Virus record (IMG/VR): IMGVR_UViG_3300017963_000188 | Coordinates: 62,001-126,000 of that record | Length of the DNA stretch: 64,000 nt | Reading direction: 5' to 3' (one strand) | In this document: piece after piece, positions 55,493 through 64,000 of the stretch | Layout: the number at the start of each line of letters is the position of its first letter | How positions within the stretch are numbered: position 1 is the first letter of the stretch | The notes under the pieces: generated by a model | Databases searched by the model: none | Told to the model about the DNA's origin: nothing | The model's input: the letters and a program-made list of their open reading frames with translations, nothing else | Translations under genes and position numbers: made by a program

Positions 55493-56356
55493 ATGATAAT
55501 AAGACCGAAAGATTGGGAAGCTACAAGTGATGAAGCTGTAGATTTCTTGAACTCTATACAAAGACCAAAACACTATTATAGAGGTATGACCGATCAAGAA
55601 TATAAAGCTACGGTCGGTAAAGGTGATCCAGTCCAATCCACAGGAGCTTTCTCTCACAGTTCTGAAGGGACAAATTTCTCAGAATATCCTGCTGATGCTG
55701 AGAGCTATGTAAACTTTGGTCGTGATGACCCAAGAAGAACTGGGAAATCAAATTGGCTTGTAGAAGTAGCAGAAACCCCAACCATGTATCGAGACACTGA
55801 TGGGTACTACAAAGATAAAGAACCTGTAGATACCGTGACAAGGATATGGGAATTTTACCCCGAAGATGGAGCTATCAAGACTAGGAAAGTGAAGGGTAGT
55901 GATATGAGACTAGTGAATCGAGTTGCTCTTAGACATTTGTTTGCTAGATATGCTGATGAAGTTAAAAAAGAGCTGAAATACGATGTCAAGAATATGAAAG
56001 GTGTAGAAACAGTCAAAGAGTACCACAAGGAATTCACCCCTGGGTCACAGAAGGGTGGAGCTTTCCCTGATATGGACTTAATAGAAATGGTATGGGTCGT
56101 TGGTGATGGAGAACAAGGGAACTACACAGTGATGTGTGAACTCTATGTAGAAAAGGGTGGGATCTTACTTCGAGATGAAGGGCCTCAAGAAACCTTTGCA
56201 GGTTCAGTTCGAGGTGAAGCTGCTCTTGGACCTAAGGGAGGGCTTCAATCTGTAAGACAGATCCAAGGTGAAAAGTTCACTGGTAAGCTGGATGAAGTGG
56301 TTGGTAAGTTCGACAAAGCCATTGGTAAAATGATTCAACAACTTGAAGCTATGTAA
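55493..56356 (+). CDS. ART-like N-terminal domain, RLVNRVALR linker, C-terminal domain
   Basis: YYRGM...TNFSEYPADAESY; internal ATG at 55904. Confidence 0.65.
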   Translation: MIIRPKDWEATSDEAVDFLNSIQRPKHYYRGMTDQEYKATVGKGDPVQSTGAFSHSSEGTNFSEYPADAESYVNFGRDDPRRTGKSNWLVEVAETPTMYRDTDGYYKDKEPVDTVTRIWEFYPEDGAIKTRKVKGSDMRLVNRVALRHLFARYADEVKKELKYDVKNMKGVETVKEYHKEFTPGSQKGGAFPDMDLIEMVWVVGDGEQGNYTVMCELYVEKGGILLRDEGPQETFAGSVRGEAALGPKGGLQSVRQIQGEKFTGKLDEVVGKFDKAIGKMIQQLEAM

Positions 56357-56601
56357 TCTTTAGCTTTACTTAATTCTTTTTCCACCACAGGAACCCTCTT
56401 TTTCAATTGATCTATGATTTTATCTTCAGCTTCTTCTATAGATCCCACTGTTTGATCAAAACAATGATGTATACTTGGAACTATTTGTCTTAGATTCCAT
56501 AACTTATGTCCCAGGTCATACTCTATACGGTAAGTCAAATCTAGAAGATTGAATTCATAGCATTGATGCTCTACCGAAACATTTTCCCAATCTAACTTCA
56601 T
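56335..56601 (-). CDS. hypothetical protein
   Basis: 88 aa. Confidence 0.55.
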   Translation of the reverse strand: MKLDWENVSVEHQCYEFNLLDLTYRIEYDLGHKLWNLRQIVPSIHHCFDQTVGSIEEAEDKIIDQLKKRVPVVEKELSKAKDYIASSC

Positions 56602-57492
56602 CTATTCCTCCAACATAATTGTCACATTCTTTGGTTTCACATAATATTTAGGGTTGTATTCTTCACAAGCACCATCATCACAGAATCTCAATGTGTTCAC
56701 TTCTTTGAAACCATCGTCTATGACTTTGTAATGCTCCTCTGAAGCCTTAATCCATTTGAAAGCCTCATCAGCAAATTCTTTGTTCTCTACAGCTTCCACA
56801 TCGTTATGGAAATTGGCTCGTCTCTTTAGCTCATCCATCCCAGCATGGTCATAAACACATCCCCGTCCGGTCTGATACATCCAGAACTTCCAAGCCATGA
56901 TATATTTCATGACCCATCCTTTGATACCACGGCTGTAATACTGTGTCTCTTCATCATAAAGACTATCTGCTAGAAGCATGAAGGCACATTTTACAAACTC
57001 TATAGCAGGTCGTAAGCATTGTTCTCTGATATTGGTATCAAATCCCCTTGAGATATTCCATTCCATAAGAGCTGCCTGGCTCATACGTTTAATTTCTCTC
57101 ATATACTCATGGGAAATGATGAACTTGGCTTCTCGTATCTTTTGTTCGTATTCTGGTGGGAGTGCTGGGACCCAAGGTATGGGTTGTTCAGGATGATATT
57201 GTTTTGCCCATGCTTCATGTTTCTCTTTGAGTTTAGCATCAAAGCCATCCCAATGAAGACGATAGGCAGTAACCTTTTTCCTTTTTATTAGTTCTGATTT
57301 GCTTTCAGGGTCTCCATCCATTTCAAAATCATAGACTACTGGTTCTTGGAGTTCTGGATCTTGAGCTTTTGGATACAGATGTTTCACCAAATATACATCT
57401 GATACTCTTAGGATTTGAGGGAAAAATAGAGACTTCTTGAGACTTAACATGACGTTCCTCCGTCGTTTAATTGTTATGCCATGACCCTTCAT
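56602..57492 (-). CDS. hypothetical protein
   Basis: 296 aa. Confidence 0.75.
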   Translation of the reverse strand: MKGHGITIKRRRNVMLSLKKSLFFPQILRVSDVYLVKHLYPKAQDPELQEPVVYDFEMDGDPESKSELIKRKKVTAYRLHWDGFDAKLKEKHEAWAKQYHPEQPIPWVPALPPEYEQKIREAKFIISHEYMREIKRMSQAALMEWNISRGFDTNIREQCLRPAIEFVKCAFMLLADSLYDEETQYYSRGIKGWVMKYIMAWKFWMYQTGRGCVYDHAGMDELKRRANFHNDVEAVENKEFADEAFKWIKASEEHYKVIDDGFKEVNTLRFCDDGACEEYNPKYYVKPKNVTIMLEE

Positions 57493-57511
57493 GGCTTTCC
57501 AATCTCAGATA

Positions 57512-57778
57512 CTAAAGAGGTGTGTCAGTTTTGTCAATATTTTCTTTAAGGTGCTTGATTTCTTTACGTTGCTTATCAATTATGGAAATAAGTTCCATGA
57601 GAATATCTCTCATGTATACTCCACCACGACCTGTTACTAGATATATCTTTGCAACATCCCAGCTACTGGCAAATTCACGTAGCTCTTCGATTCGTTTATT
57701 CCTCTTCCCACTCTTCTTGGGCTTTGCTGAGTAGTTCAACGATCCAGAAGAACCTGTCTCTTCTTTCTTTGCAACCAT
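57512..57778 (-). CDS. hypothetical protein
   Basis: 88 aa, overlaps GH19 end; start uncertain. Confidence 0.45.
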   Translation of the reverse strand: MVAKKEETGSSGSLNYSAKPKKSGKRNKRIEELREFASSWDVAKIYLVTGRGGVYMRDILMELISIIDKQRKEIKHLKENIDKTDTPL

Positions 57779-58352
57779 GCATTTTCCCCAGTGCTACTTG
57801 ACGTTGCTTTTGACTCTGATCATACCCTTCACGCCACGGACCAGCGTTAATTATATAGCTGATTTTATCAAAAGCTAAGTAATCAGCATGGCCATTGAGA
57901 TCATGGTCATCCCAATATAGAAGACTAGCAAAGAACCCATGCTCAGGTTGTTCTAGAAGTTCTGGATTCTTTACATAAGCATCAGGGCTATCTACAATCC
58001 CAGCCTCATATGCAGCTTCACTAGCTCTGGTATAATTCTTCAAGCCAGTTGTTTGGATCGGACCCCTACCACAATATTTAGCCCCCATACCACGGGCATT
58101 GTGGCCAAGATCTCCTCTGAAATCGTATTCTTGATAATTGTCATTTCCTGAGTCCCATTCCTTCCACCACCTCAAATCACCAGATTCAAGAGCAAGCTGA
58201 GCCAGAAGACAAGCCATGCGATTGACTGTATTGACTTCAATCCTGAGCATCCCCTCATGAAGATATTTATGATATTCATAGAGTTTATCATCAGGAAGTT
58301 TAGGCATCATTTTTTTAAGTAATTCACTACTGAAATAGGGTGTTAGTTCCAT
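57696..58352 (-). CDS. glycoside hydrolase family 19 (endolysin candidate)
   Basis: LAQLALESG, KYCGRGPIQTTGLKNY, SYIINAG. Confidence 0.88.
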   Translation of the reverse strand: MELTPYFSSELLKKMMPKLPDDKLYEYHKYLHEGMLRIEVNTVNRMACLLAQLALESGDLRWWKEWDSGNDNYQEYDFRGDLGHNARGMGAKYCGRGPIQTTGLKNYTRASEAAYEAGIVDSPDAYVKNPELLEQPEHGFFASLLYWDDHDLNGHADYLAFDKISYIINAGPWREGYDQSQKQRQVALGKMHGCKERRDRFFWIVELLSKAQEEWEEE

Positions 58353-58390
58353 CTTGGACCTCCATTGGTTATTTGTCCTAGATGGATAGC

Positions 58391-58927
58391 TTACTGTGTA
58401 GTATATAATTTTGCAAGGTCAAATGTGGTTCGAGTCACACCATAAACTTCTATATCTGTCCCCATAACAGCAAAAGGTAGGTCTATAATTTCATTTGATC
58501 TATATATTTTCATAGATACTTTCTCTAGACTCAAAAGTTCTATGTTACCATCAAAAAATTCTTCCTGGAAATCATCAATGAAGTATCGGATCTGGTCTCC
58601 TTTATGAAGGGTACGAAGTCTCATCTTTTTTATCTGCACATCCATCTTCTTCCTGAATGGTTCATAATGATACGTATATGGACTCCAGGGTTCATCTAAC
58701 ATTTGACATTCAGAGACATGACAGAGAGGGAATTGATCCTTATTCTCATTTGGTTCTGTGAAGAGGTTAGGCCATTCGATACATTCAGGATCATCACATA
58801 GGAGGCATTGGGCACGGTCTGATTCTGGGGTTGGTTGTATCTCTGCTCTATACTTATTAGACTCCCCTACAAACCCGCTCATAGGTTTCAACCATACCTT
58901 ATCCCCAGGTTTACGTCTCTTGCTCAT
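58391..58927 (-). CDS. hypothetical protein
   Basis: start placed at MSKRRK downstream of tRNA-Gly. Confidence 0.6.
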   Translation of the reverse strand: MSKRRKPGDKVWLKPMSGFVGESNKYRAEIQPTPESDRAQCLLCDDPECIEWPNLFTEPNENKDQFPLCHVSECQMLDEPWSPYTYHYEPFRKKMDVQIKKMRLRTLHKGDQIRYFIDDFQEEFFDGNIELLSLEKVSMKIYRSNEIIDLPFAVMGTDIEVYGVTRTTFDLAKLYTTQ

Positions 58928-58949
58928 ATTGAATCCAAAATAGATGAGT

Positions 58950-59025
58950 TGGAGCGGGGTAGGGGACTCGAACCCCCAACCTGATGCATGGCAAGCACCT
59001 GCTCTACCAATTGAGCTAACCCCGC
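58950..59025 (-). tRNA. trnG: tRNA-Gly(GCC)
   Basis: loop TTGCCAT, U73, CCA. Confidence 0.93.
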
Positions 59026-59243
59026 TGAAAACATTCCTCACATTTGTAGATATGAGGATGTGCAAATTTATGGTTCACCACAGATTTATATTTCATACAC
59101 CAATGACGACCTTTTCTTTTCAATGTGTCCTGCTCATGTTCTGTGGGTGACAAATGATGACAATTTGGAGGACACAGTTTTTTCAAGATATCTGGGTCCA
59201 TCTTTTCAAGTTCTGTGATTGGTATTGAATACATCAGCACCAC
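59016..59243 (-). CDS. Cys-rich protein ending inside tRNA-Gly
   Basis: 75 aa; stop is tRNA nt 8-10. Confidence 0.55.
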   Translation of the reverse strand: MVLMYSIPITELEKMDPDILKKLCPPNCHHLSPTEHEQDTLKRKGRHWCMKYKSVVNHKFAHPHIYKCEECFQRG

Positions 59244-59246
59244 CTC

Positions 59247-59504
59247 TCATGTCTTTTTCCTGAACATAACAAGGTTCCCTATCTCATCTTTAGGGACTCC
59301 TTCATAGTACCCTTCTACAAATTCTTCTAGATCATGTCCCATCATTTCTGCAACTAAAAGTTGTAGAGAAGCTACTTTTTGTAACAAAAATCCAACAGCA
59401 ATAGAATCTCTATTGGTTGGTCCTACTTGTCTCCACACAGCTTCACAATGGTCATCGAGTTCTTTCACCAAGTTTTCAGATTGTTGTCGTATCAAATCTA
59501 TCAT
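59247..59504 (-). CDS. hypothetical protein
   Basis: 85 aa. Confidence 0.55.
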   Translation of the reverse strand: MIDLIRQQSENLVKELDDHCEAVWRQVGPTNRDSIAVGFLLQKVASLQLLVAEMMGHDLEEFVEGYYEGVPKDEIGNLVMFRKKT

Positions 59505-59522
59505 CTCAACACCTTATGTATT

Positions 59523-59598
59523 TGGAGCGGGTGACGGGACTCGAACCCGTAACAACTAGCTTGGAAGGCTAGCGTCCTACCAATTGGACGACACCCGC
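59523..59598 (-). tRNA. trnG: tRNA-Gly(UCC)
   Basis: loop CTTCCAA, CCA. Confidence 0.95.
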
Positions 59599-59763
59599 TT
59601 ATTTATATATACAAAAACCCAATACTTATGGTTTATCTTCCTTCACTTTTTTATATACCGTTGGCTTCCCACACTTCTCACATCTAAGCAGTTTTCCATA
59701 TTCTACTTCAGTGGTATATCTATGAGTACACCACGGACAAGTGACAGAAACCTTGGTTTTCAT

Positions 59764-60219
59764 TCATCTTCCCTTAATATACTCTTCGAACACAATCAAA
59801 TCAATATCAGTTTTTGATCCTATTCCATCTAGAACTTCTTTCACTTTATCCCAATCCAAACCTCCAAGTCCAGCACCTATTCTTGGAAGACCAATAGTCT
59901 TGAGATTTATTTGCTCAGAAGCTCCTACCATCCGTCTCACAGATGCTCTAATTGCATCAAGACGAGCCTTTGTTCTCCACGATACCTGTGTGCCCAAGTT
60001 GAATATGATCGTCCCTTCAGGACTCCTCCAGGCAAATACAGAGCCTAGTTTAAACTCCCTTGCTTTACATCTTCTCCGATACTCCTGATACATCTCAGGA
60101 TATCGTGATCTGAATTCAAGAGCTATGCCTTTCCCCATAGCACCTTCACAATTACATCCATGAGCAATAGCATCTAGGGAGTGATGGAAAAGATCACCAG
60201 AAATGTATTTGACTGACAT
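59764..60219 (-). CDS. macro domain protein (ADP-ribose hydrolase, DarG-like)
   Basis: GDLF, IAHGCNCEGAMGKGIALEF, LPRIGAGLGGLDW; start moved below tRNA-Thr. Confidence 0.92.
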   Translation of the reverse strand: MSVKYISGDLFHHSLDAIAHGCNCEGAMGKGIALEFRSRYPEMYQEYRRRCKAREFKLGSVFAWRSPEGTIIFNLGTQVSWRTKARLDAIRASVRRMVGASEQINLKTIGLPRIGAGLGGLDWDKVKEVLDGIGSKTDIDLIVFEEYIKGR

Positions 60220-60231
60220 CTGCAATCCATT

Positions 60232-60306
60232 TGGAGCCGGTGAGTGGAATTGAACCACCAACCTACTGTTTACGAGACAGTTGCTCTACCGTTGAGCTAC
60301 ACCGGC
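60232..60306 (-). tRNA. trnT: tRNA-Thr(CGU)
   Basis: loop CTCGTAA, CCA. Confidence 0.95.
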
Positions 60307-60599
60307 TATCGATTCTTTTTACGAGACTTCTTAGCTATCTTGTTTTTAGCCCTTCGTTTACGAATCGAGTTTTGATATTGAAGTTCCTTCTGATCTAATC
60401 TAGAAAGCTTCCTGGCAGGTTTTGCCATAGTATCTAGACCTTCTTGGGCTCTTTTGATTTGATTCTCCAACTCTTTTCTAGCCGTCTCAAATTTGGCTTT
60501 TGCAGTCGGATCTTCCAGCTTCTCAATTTCAGCATCCAAATTTTCAATGGCTGCCATGAGTTCTTTCTTCTTCTTTTCTGCAAATTCTCTTCTGTCCAT
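60306..60599 (-). CDS. coiled-coil protein with basic tail
   Basis: ends RRAKNKIAKKSRKKNR; stop G is tRNA G1. Confidence 0.7.
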   Translation of the reverse strand: MDRREFAEKKKKELMAAIENLDAEIEKLEDPTAKAKFETARKELENQIKRAQEGLDTMAKPARKLSRLDQKELQYQNSIRKRRAKNKIAKKSRKKNR

Positions 60600-60666
60600 G
60601 TGCTACCTCCTAACCTATAGTACCCCAGTTATGTTTTTATATACATCATTTTTGTAAGGAGATCCC

Positions 60667-61194
60667 ATGGATATTGTCAGTAGAGTAATCCAACGCTATC
60701 TCAGAGCGTCTAGATACGATACAGATAGTCTTGAGCCTGGTTACATTGGAAAGTACGTGATACATGACCACAGGGCTCAGAACAGGCATTTTGATTTACG
60801 TTTAGAGTTCCCTACCAGCAAGGGAAAAGTTTTCCGTTCCTGGACCATTCCCAAACACACTATTCCCAAAAGTGTAGGTGATAAAGTCCTTGCCACAGAG
60901 ACAGAAGACCACCCAATGAGTTGGGGTGATGTTGTAGATTTTGATGAGACACATGAAATCCCTGAAGGTGAGTATGGTGCTGGTACTGTCAAACTCTATG
61001 ACAAAGGTAAATTTGCTCTCATAGATATGGACTATGATAGTAAGTATGTCTTCAAAATGATTGGTGAGAAACTTGATGGAGTCTGGTCTTTAGTCAAAAC
61101 TGATGGTAAGAACTTCCTTTTGGTACGTTCAAGTGCTGATCAACCAGAACTTGAAGAACCTGAAGTACAAAAAGCGATCAAAAAGTTGGAATAG
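60667..61194 (+). CDS. stand-alone LigD 3'-phosphoesterase domain with DIVSRVIQRYLRA leader
   Basis: HDHRAQNRHFDLRLE, SWTIPK, TEDHP, GEYGAGTV. Confidence 0.88.
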   Translation: MDIVSRVIQRYLRASRYDTDSLEPGYIGKYVIHDHRAQNRHFDLRLEFPTSKGKVFRSWTIPKHTIPKSVGDKVLATETEDHPMSWGDVVDFDETHEIPEGEYGAGTVKLYDKGKFALIDMDYDSKYVFKMIGEKLDGVWSLVKTDGKNFLLVRSSADQPELEEPEVQKAIKKLE

Positions 61195-61218
61195 TCCCAT
61201 AATCTACATTATAGATTA

Positions 61219-61294
61219 TGGAGCTGGCACCCGGATTCGAACCGGGGACCTCATCCTTACCAAGGATGTGCTCTACCTACTGAGCTATGCCAGC
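61219..61294 (-). tRNA. trnT: tRNA-Thr(GGU)
   Basis: loop TTGGTAA, CCA. Confidence 0.95.
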
Positions 61295-61297
61295 TAA

Positions 61298-61374
61298 TGG
61301 AGCCGGTGAAGGGACTTGAACCCCCAACAACCTGATTACAAATCAGGTGCTCTACCAAATTGAGCTACACCGGC
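61298..61374 (-). tRNA. trnT: tRNA-Thr(UGU)
   Basis: loop TTTGTAA, CCA. Confidence 0.95.
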
Positions 61375-61613
61375 TAATACTCTATATTATAGAGTTCCAT
61401 GAACTCTTTGAATTGCAATCGTCTCCAACCTTCATCAACTATGTCTGGCATCCATCGAGCATTAGCAAACATAGGTCCACAATAGATATTGTCTTCACCA
61501 CCATTAAAAAATGGTTTGTGACATCCTATGAAGATGTTATCACCAGCAGGATCAAATACAGCTAGGAATGGTTTGAGCTTCAAATATATCTCACTAGCTT
61601 TTTCATGATCCAT
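61374..61613 (-). CDS. hypothetical protein
   Basis: 79 aa, GGAGG SD; stop G is tRNA G1. Confidence 0.6.
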   Translation of the reverse strand: MDHEKASEIYLKLKPFLAVFDPAGDNIFIGCHKPFFNGGEDNIYCGPMFANARWMPDIVDEGWRRLQFKEFMELYNIEY

Positions 61614-61666
61614 GGCTTACCTCCAACATAACAATACCAAGATATAAACTTTATCTCAATATAGAA

Positions 61667-61741
61667 TGGCACCCCCAACCGGACTCGAACCGGTATTACT
61701 GGCGTGACAGGCCAGCGTCCTAACCATTGAACGATGAGGGT
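61667..61741 (-). tRNA. trnD: tRNA-Asp(GUC)
   Basis: loop CTGTCAC, A1:U72, G73, CCA. Confidence 0.93.
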
Positions 61742-61744
61742 GTC

Positions 61745-61823
61745 TGGCAGTGGTGACGGGACTTGAACCCGCAACCTCCGACGTGACAGGCCGGTGCTCT
61801 AAACCAAATTGAGCTACACCACT
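61745..61823 (-). tRNA. trnD: tRNA-Asp(GUC), second copy
   Basis: loop CTGTCAC, A1:U72, G73, CCA. Confidence 0.93.
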
Positions 61824-61853
61824 GTACCTATATAGAATACCATAGAAATCAGA

Positions 61854-62147
61854 TTATTGGTTAAACTGATCTGGGAGTTCTTCTTCACTTTGAGTGAAAC
61901 CTCTATTTTCTGGGACGTGTTCCCAGTAAAAAGCGTCTTCTTTCAAACCACCATCTGTACGCATAGGTTCTGAAATGCCAGGCTTGATTCTTGGATGATA
62001 TGTTTTCATTTCACTACGATCCGTATCAATAGCAACCAAGACATTTCCTTCTACAACTCTGGTATCAATTTTTAGAATCCCATTTTGATCGAAATGAAAA
62101 TCAGGATCTTCTCTTAAAAGCACACCATCAAAAAAAAGTAACTTCAT
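61854..62147 (-). CDS. hypothetical protein
   Basis: 97 aa, ATGA-coupled. Confidence 0.55.
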   Translation of the reverse strand: MKLLFFDGVLLREDPDFHFDQNGILKIDTRVVEGNVLVAIDTDRSEMKTYHPRIKPGISEPMRTDGGLKEDAFYWEHVPENRGFTQSEEELPDQFNQ

Positions 62148-62914
62148 GAATCTCTCCCTGTAAGTTCAGCAAATCGTCTCGTGAAAATCTTATATGCTTG
62201 GAGTGGTTCCCAACATACAATTTCTATATTATATGGGTCAAATCTTTTTTCTAGGTCCCATTCATAATAATGATCAAAGAGAACTTTTTTCTCTGTTATC
62301 AATAGCCGTACATCTGCAATTTTCACTTCATCTGGAAGTTCAGAGAGACCATACTTTTCTAGAATTACTTTCAAAATCTTATCTTCTAGAAGTTTGTAAC
62401 CTTGAAGTTCAGGGAGTTCTTTTGCAGGGGCTGGGATATCATTTATGTATGCCTCAGCAGCATCATGGAGAAGACCATATAAAGCATACTGTGGTGGCAC
62501 AAGTTGCGACACCAAAACACTATGTTGAGCTACTGAATAAAACTTGTTGGGATGCCCTGCGTATCGACACGTATTTGATAGGGCATGAGCAATATCAAAT
62601 ATTGAAACCTGATCTGGATGTGGTTCAGAAAATGAAAACTGTAGTCCAGTGAAGGTCTGTATCCAATCAAGTCCTGGAAGGATACTTTCTTTTACAGTGG
62701 GAGTAATCACCTCAATCACTTTTCGTAACATACCATCCATTGCTGGGTAATCACCAACCCCTGTTTTGAGATTCTTACCTCCACATTCTTTACAGATAGT
62801 CTCATTATCTCTCATCTGTTGAAGTTGAGCTTCAGTTTTACCTATCCCAGTTTTATACCCTGCCCATTGATATTTTGCACCACAGTCGGGACAGCTCGAA
62901 CAATATACTTCCAT
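62144..62914 (-). CDS. HD phosphohydrolase (YfbR/5'-deoxynucleotidase-like) with N-terminal zinc ribbon
   Basis: DIAHALSNTCRYAGH, YSVAQHSV, LLHDAAEAY; two CxxC. Confidence 0.88.
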   Translation of the reverse strand: MEVYCSSCPDCGAKYQWAGYKTGIGKTEAQLQQMRDNETICKECGGKNLKTGVGDYPAMDGMLRKVIEVITPTVKESILPGLDWIQTFTGLQFSFSEPHPDQVSIFDIAHALSNTCRYAGHPNKFYSVAQHSVLVSQLVPPQYALYGLLHDAAEAYINDIPAPAKELPELQGYKLLEDKILKVILEKYGLSELPDEVKIADVRLLITEKKVLFDHYYEWDLEKRFDPYNIEIVCWEPLQAYKIFTRRFAELTGRDS

Positions 62915-62929
62915 GCATCACCTTTAGAT

Positions 62930-63004
62930 TGGAGAGCCGGGTGGGAGTCGAACCCACGATCCTGGGGTTGCAGCCCAGAGCTTTAGCCACTTAGCTACCG
63001 GCTC
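62930..63004 (-). tRNA. trnC: tRNA-Cys(GCA)
   Basis: loop CTGCAAC, U73, CCA. Confidence 0.95.
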
Positions 63005-63497
63005 TTATTAACTCTTCTCTCCCAATAGGGGAGATACCTTTCTTTACCAATTTCATAGCAGCTTGGACAGCATAACATTCCTTACTGCTATGTGTAGTTT
63101 CATATAGACTCAAAAGATGTCCTGGTTCAACAACCTTAAATTCATCCAATTGAATCCAAGGAACTTCTTCAACAAAAATATCAAATAGAACTTTGACATG
63201 ATATGGCTTATCTATATCTTGTCTCACAGTTGTTAAACCATATCTATAGAAGTCTTTTGATAGACCGTCATATTTTGTCCAGTATTTTTCAAAACCTCGA
63301 TTCTTCAATGTTTTGATAACAACTGGAAACATTGAAGGAAACACAAACAGGTCTACATCTTTATGGTCATGTGTCAGTTTATGTTCTTCATGGGGTGGAG
63401 ACATGAGATGCCAAGCCAACCCACCACTGATGACCACATGATCTTTAATGGCTTCAACTTCCCTCAGTTGAGCTTTGACTTTCTCTTGCTTCCACAT
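62991..63497 (-). CDS. Pol-beta-fold nucleotidyltransferase-like protein
   Basis: VVISGGLAW...HKDVDLFV; stop in tRNA-Cys D arm. Confidence 0.7.
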   Translation of the reverse strand: MWKQEKVKAQLREVEAIKDHVVISGGLAWHLMSPPHEEHKLTHDHKDVDLFVFPSMFPVVIKTLKNRGFEKYWTKYDGLSKDFYRYGLTTVRQDIDKPYHVKVLFDIFVEEVPWIQLDEFKVVEPGHLLSLYETTHSSKECYAVQAAMKLVKKGISPIGREELIRAGS

Positions 63498-63714
63498 TTT
63501 CTACTCTTTGTGGTTCAATTAGTTCAACTTCTTCTTCAGATGCTAAAGACCATTCATGACAACCAATTTCATAGATGAAATCTGTGTCATCTCTCCTATC
63601 TCTAATGCAAATATAGTCCTCTTTTCTATACATTACTGTAGCTTCATGACCTTGTTTGTTTGTTAACCTGTCTCCAGGAACAAGGTTTCTAAATTCTGGT
63701 ACATTCATAATCAT
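63454..63714 (-). CDS. hypothetical protein
   Basis: 86 aa. Confidence 0.5.
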   Translation of the reverse strand: MIMNVPEFRNLVPGDRLTNKQGHEATVMYRKEDYICIRDRRDDTDFIYEIGCHEWSLASEEEVELIEPQRVENVEARESQSSTEGS

Positions 63715-63726
63715 TACCTTTCAAAT

Positions 63727-63801
63727 TGGTGGGCCTCCCCGGACTCGAACCGGGAACCATTCGGTTATGAGCCGAAAGCTCTACCATTGCGCTAGAGGCC
63801 C
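63727..63801 (-). tRNA. tRNA with CAU anticodon, probably Ile2 (lysidine) rather than Met
   Basis: loop CTCATAA; acceptor GGGCCTC has C4:G69 and C5:G68 (TilS determinants); identity inferred. Confidence 0.85.
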
Positions 63802-64000
63802 ATTAAAGTATTGTACCAGAAATGATTTTTTATGGAACTATATTTACAGCACCGCAACAAATGGCAAGTTCCATTGTCTTACACCATAATTCTGAAGGTA
63901 CTTTAAAACGAAGTGGCTTTTTACCTGTAGGTACAAAAGCAAACTTTCCTTTATGATGAAGTAAACTGAGTTCTAGATCTTGTGCAATAAGATGATCCCA

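Overview
Fragment of a large, AT-rich, probably jumbo dsDNA phage genome; no core structural, terminase or polymerase genes lie in this window. It is densely packed with short ORFs, mostly on the minus strand, and uses standard code 11. I read 28 CCA-encoding tRNA genes grouped by amino acid, including one array with all six Leu anticodons (one is the rare AAG). Recognisable genes cover nucleotide metabolism (tmk, thyX, deoxynucleoside kinase, HD, MazG-like), RNA end repair (CCA enzyme, two RNA-ligase-like proteins, HAD, nucleotidyltransferases), and counter-defence candidates (Acb2/Tad1-like sponge, Acb1-like 2H phosphoesterase fused to an ART-like domain, macro domain). Also present are HU, a ParB-like protein, a tyrosine recombinase, two lytic enzymes and a complete PAS hybrid histidine kinase. 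Host-like genes suggest a Myxococcota/Desulfobacterota host (inference). The main unexplained signal: about 15 unrelated proteins share one of three short peptide motifs (SxxL[RK][RK][LI]AxxI, [VI]xR[VI]xxR, MYRY) at the N-terminus or between domains, and most sit behind an AT-rich TTTATA upstream motif distinct from the promoter-SD cassette of other genes. This suggests a capsid-targeting/processing system for injected cargo. All family assignments are by eye from motifs; no database search was run.
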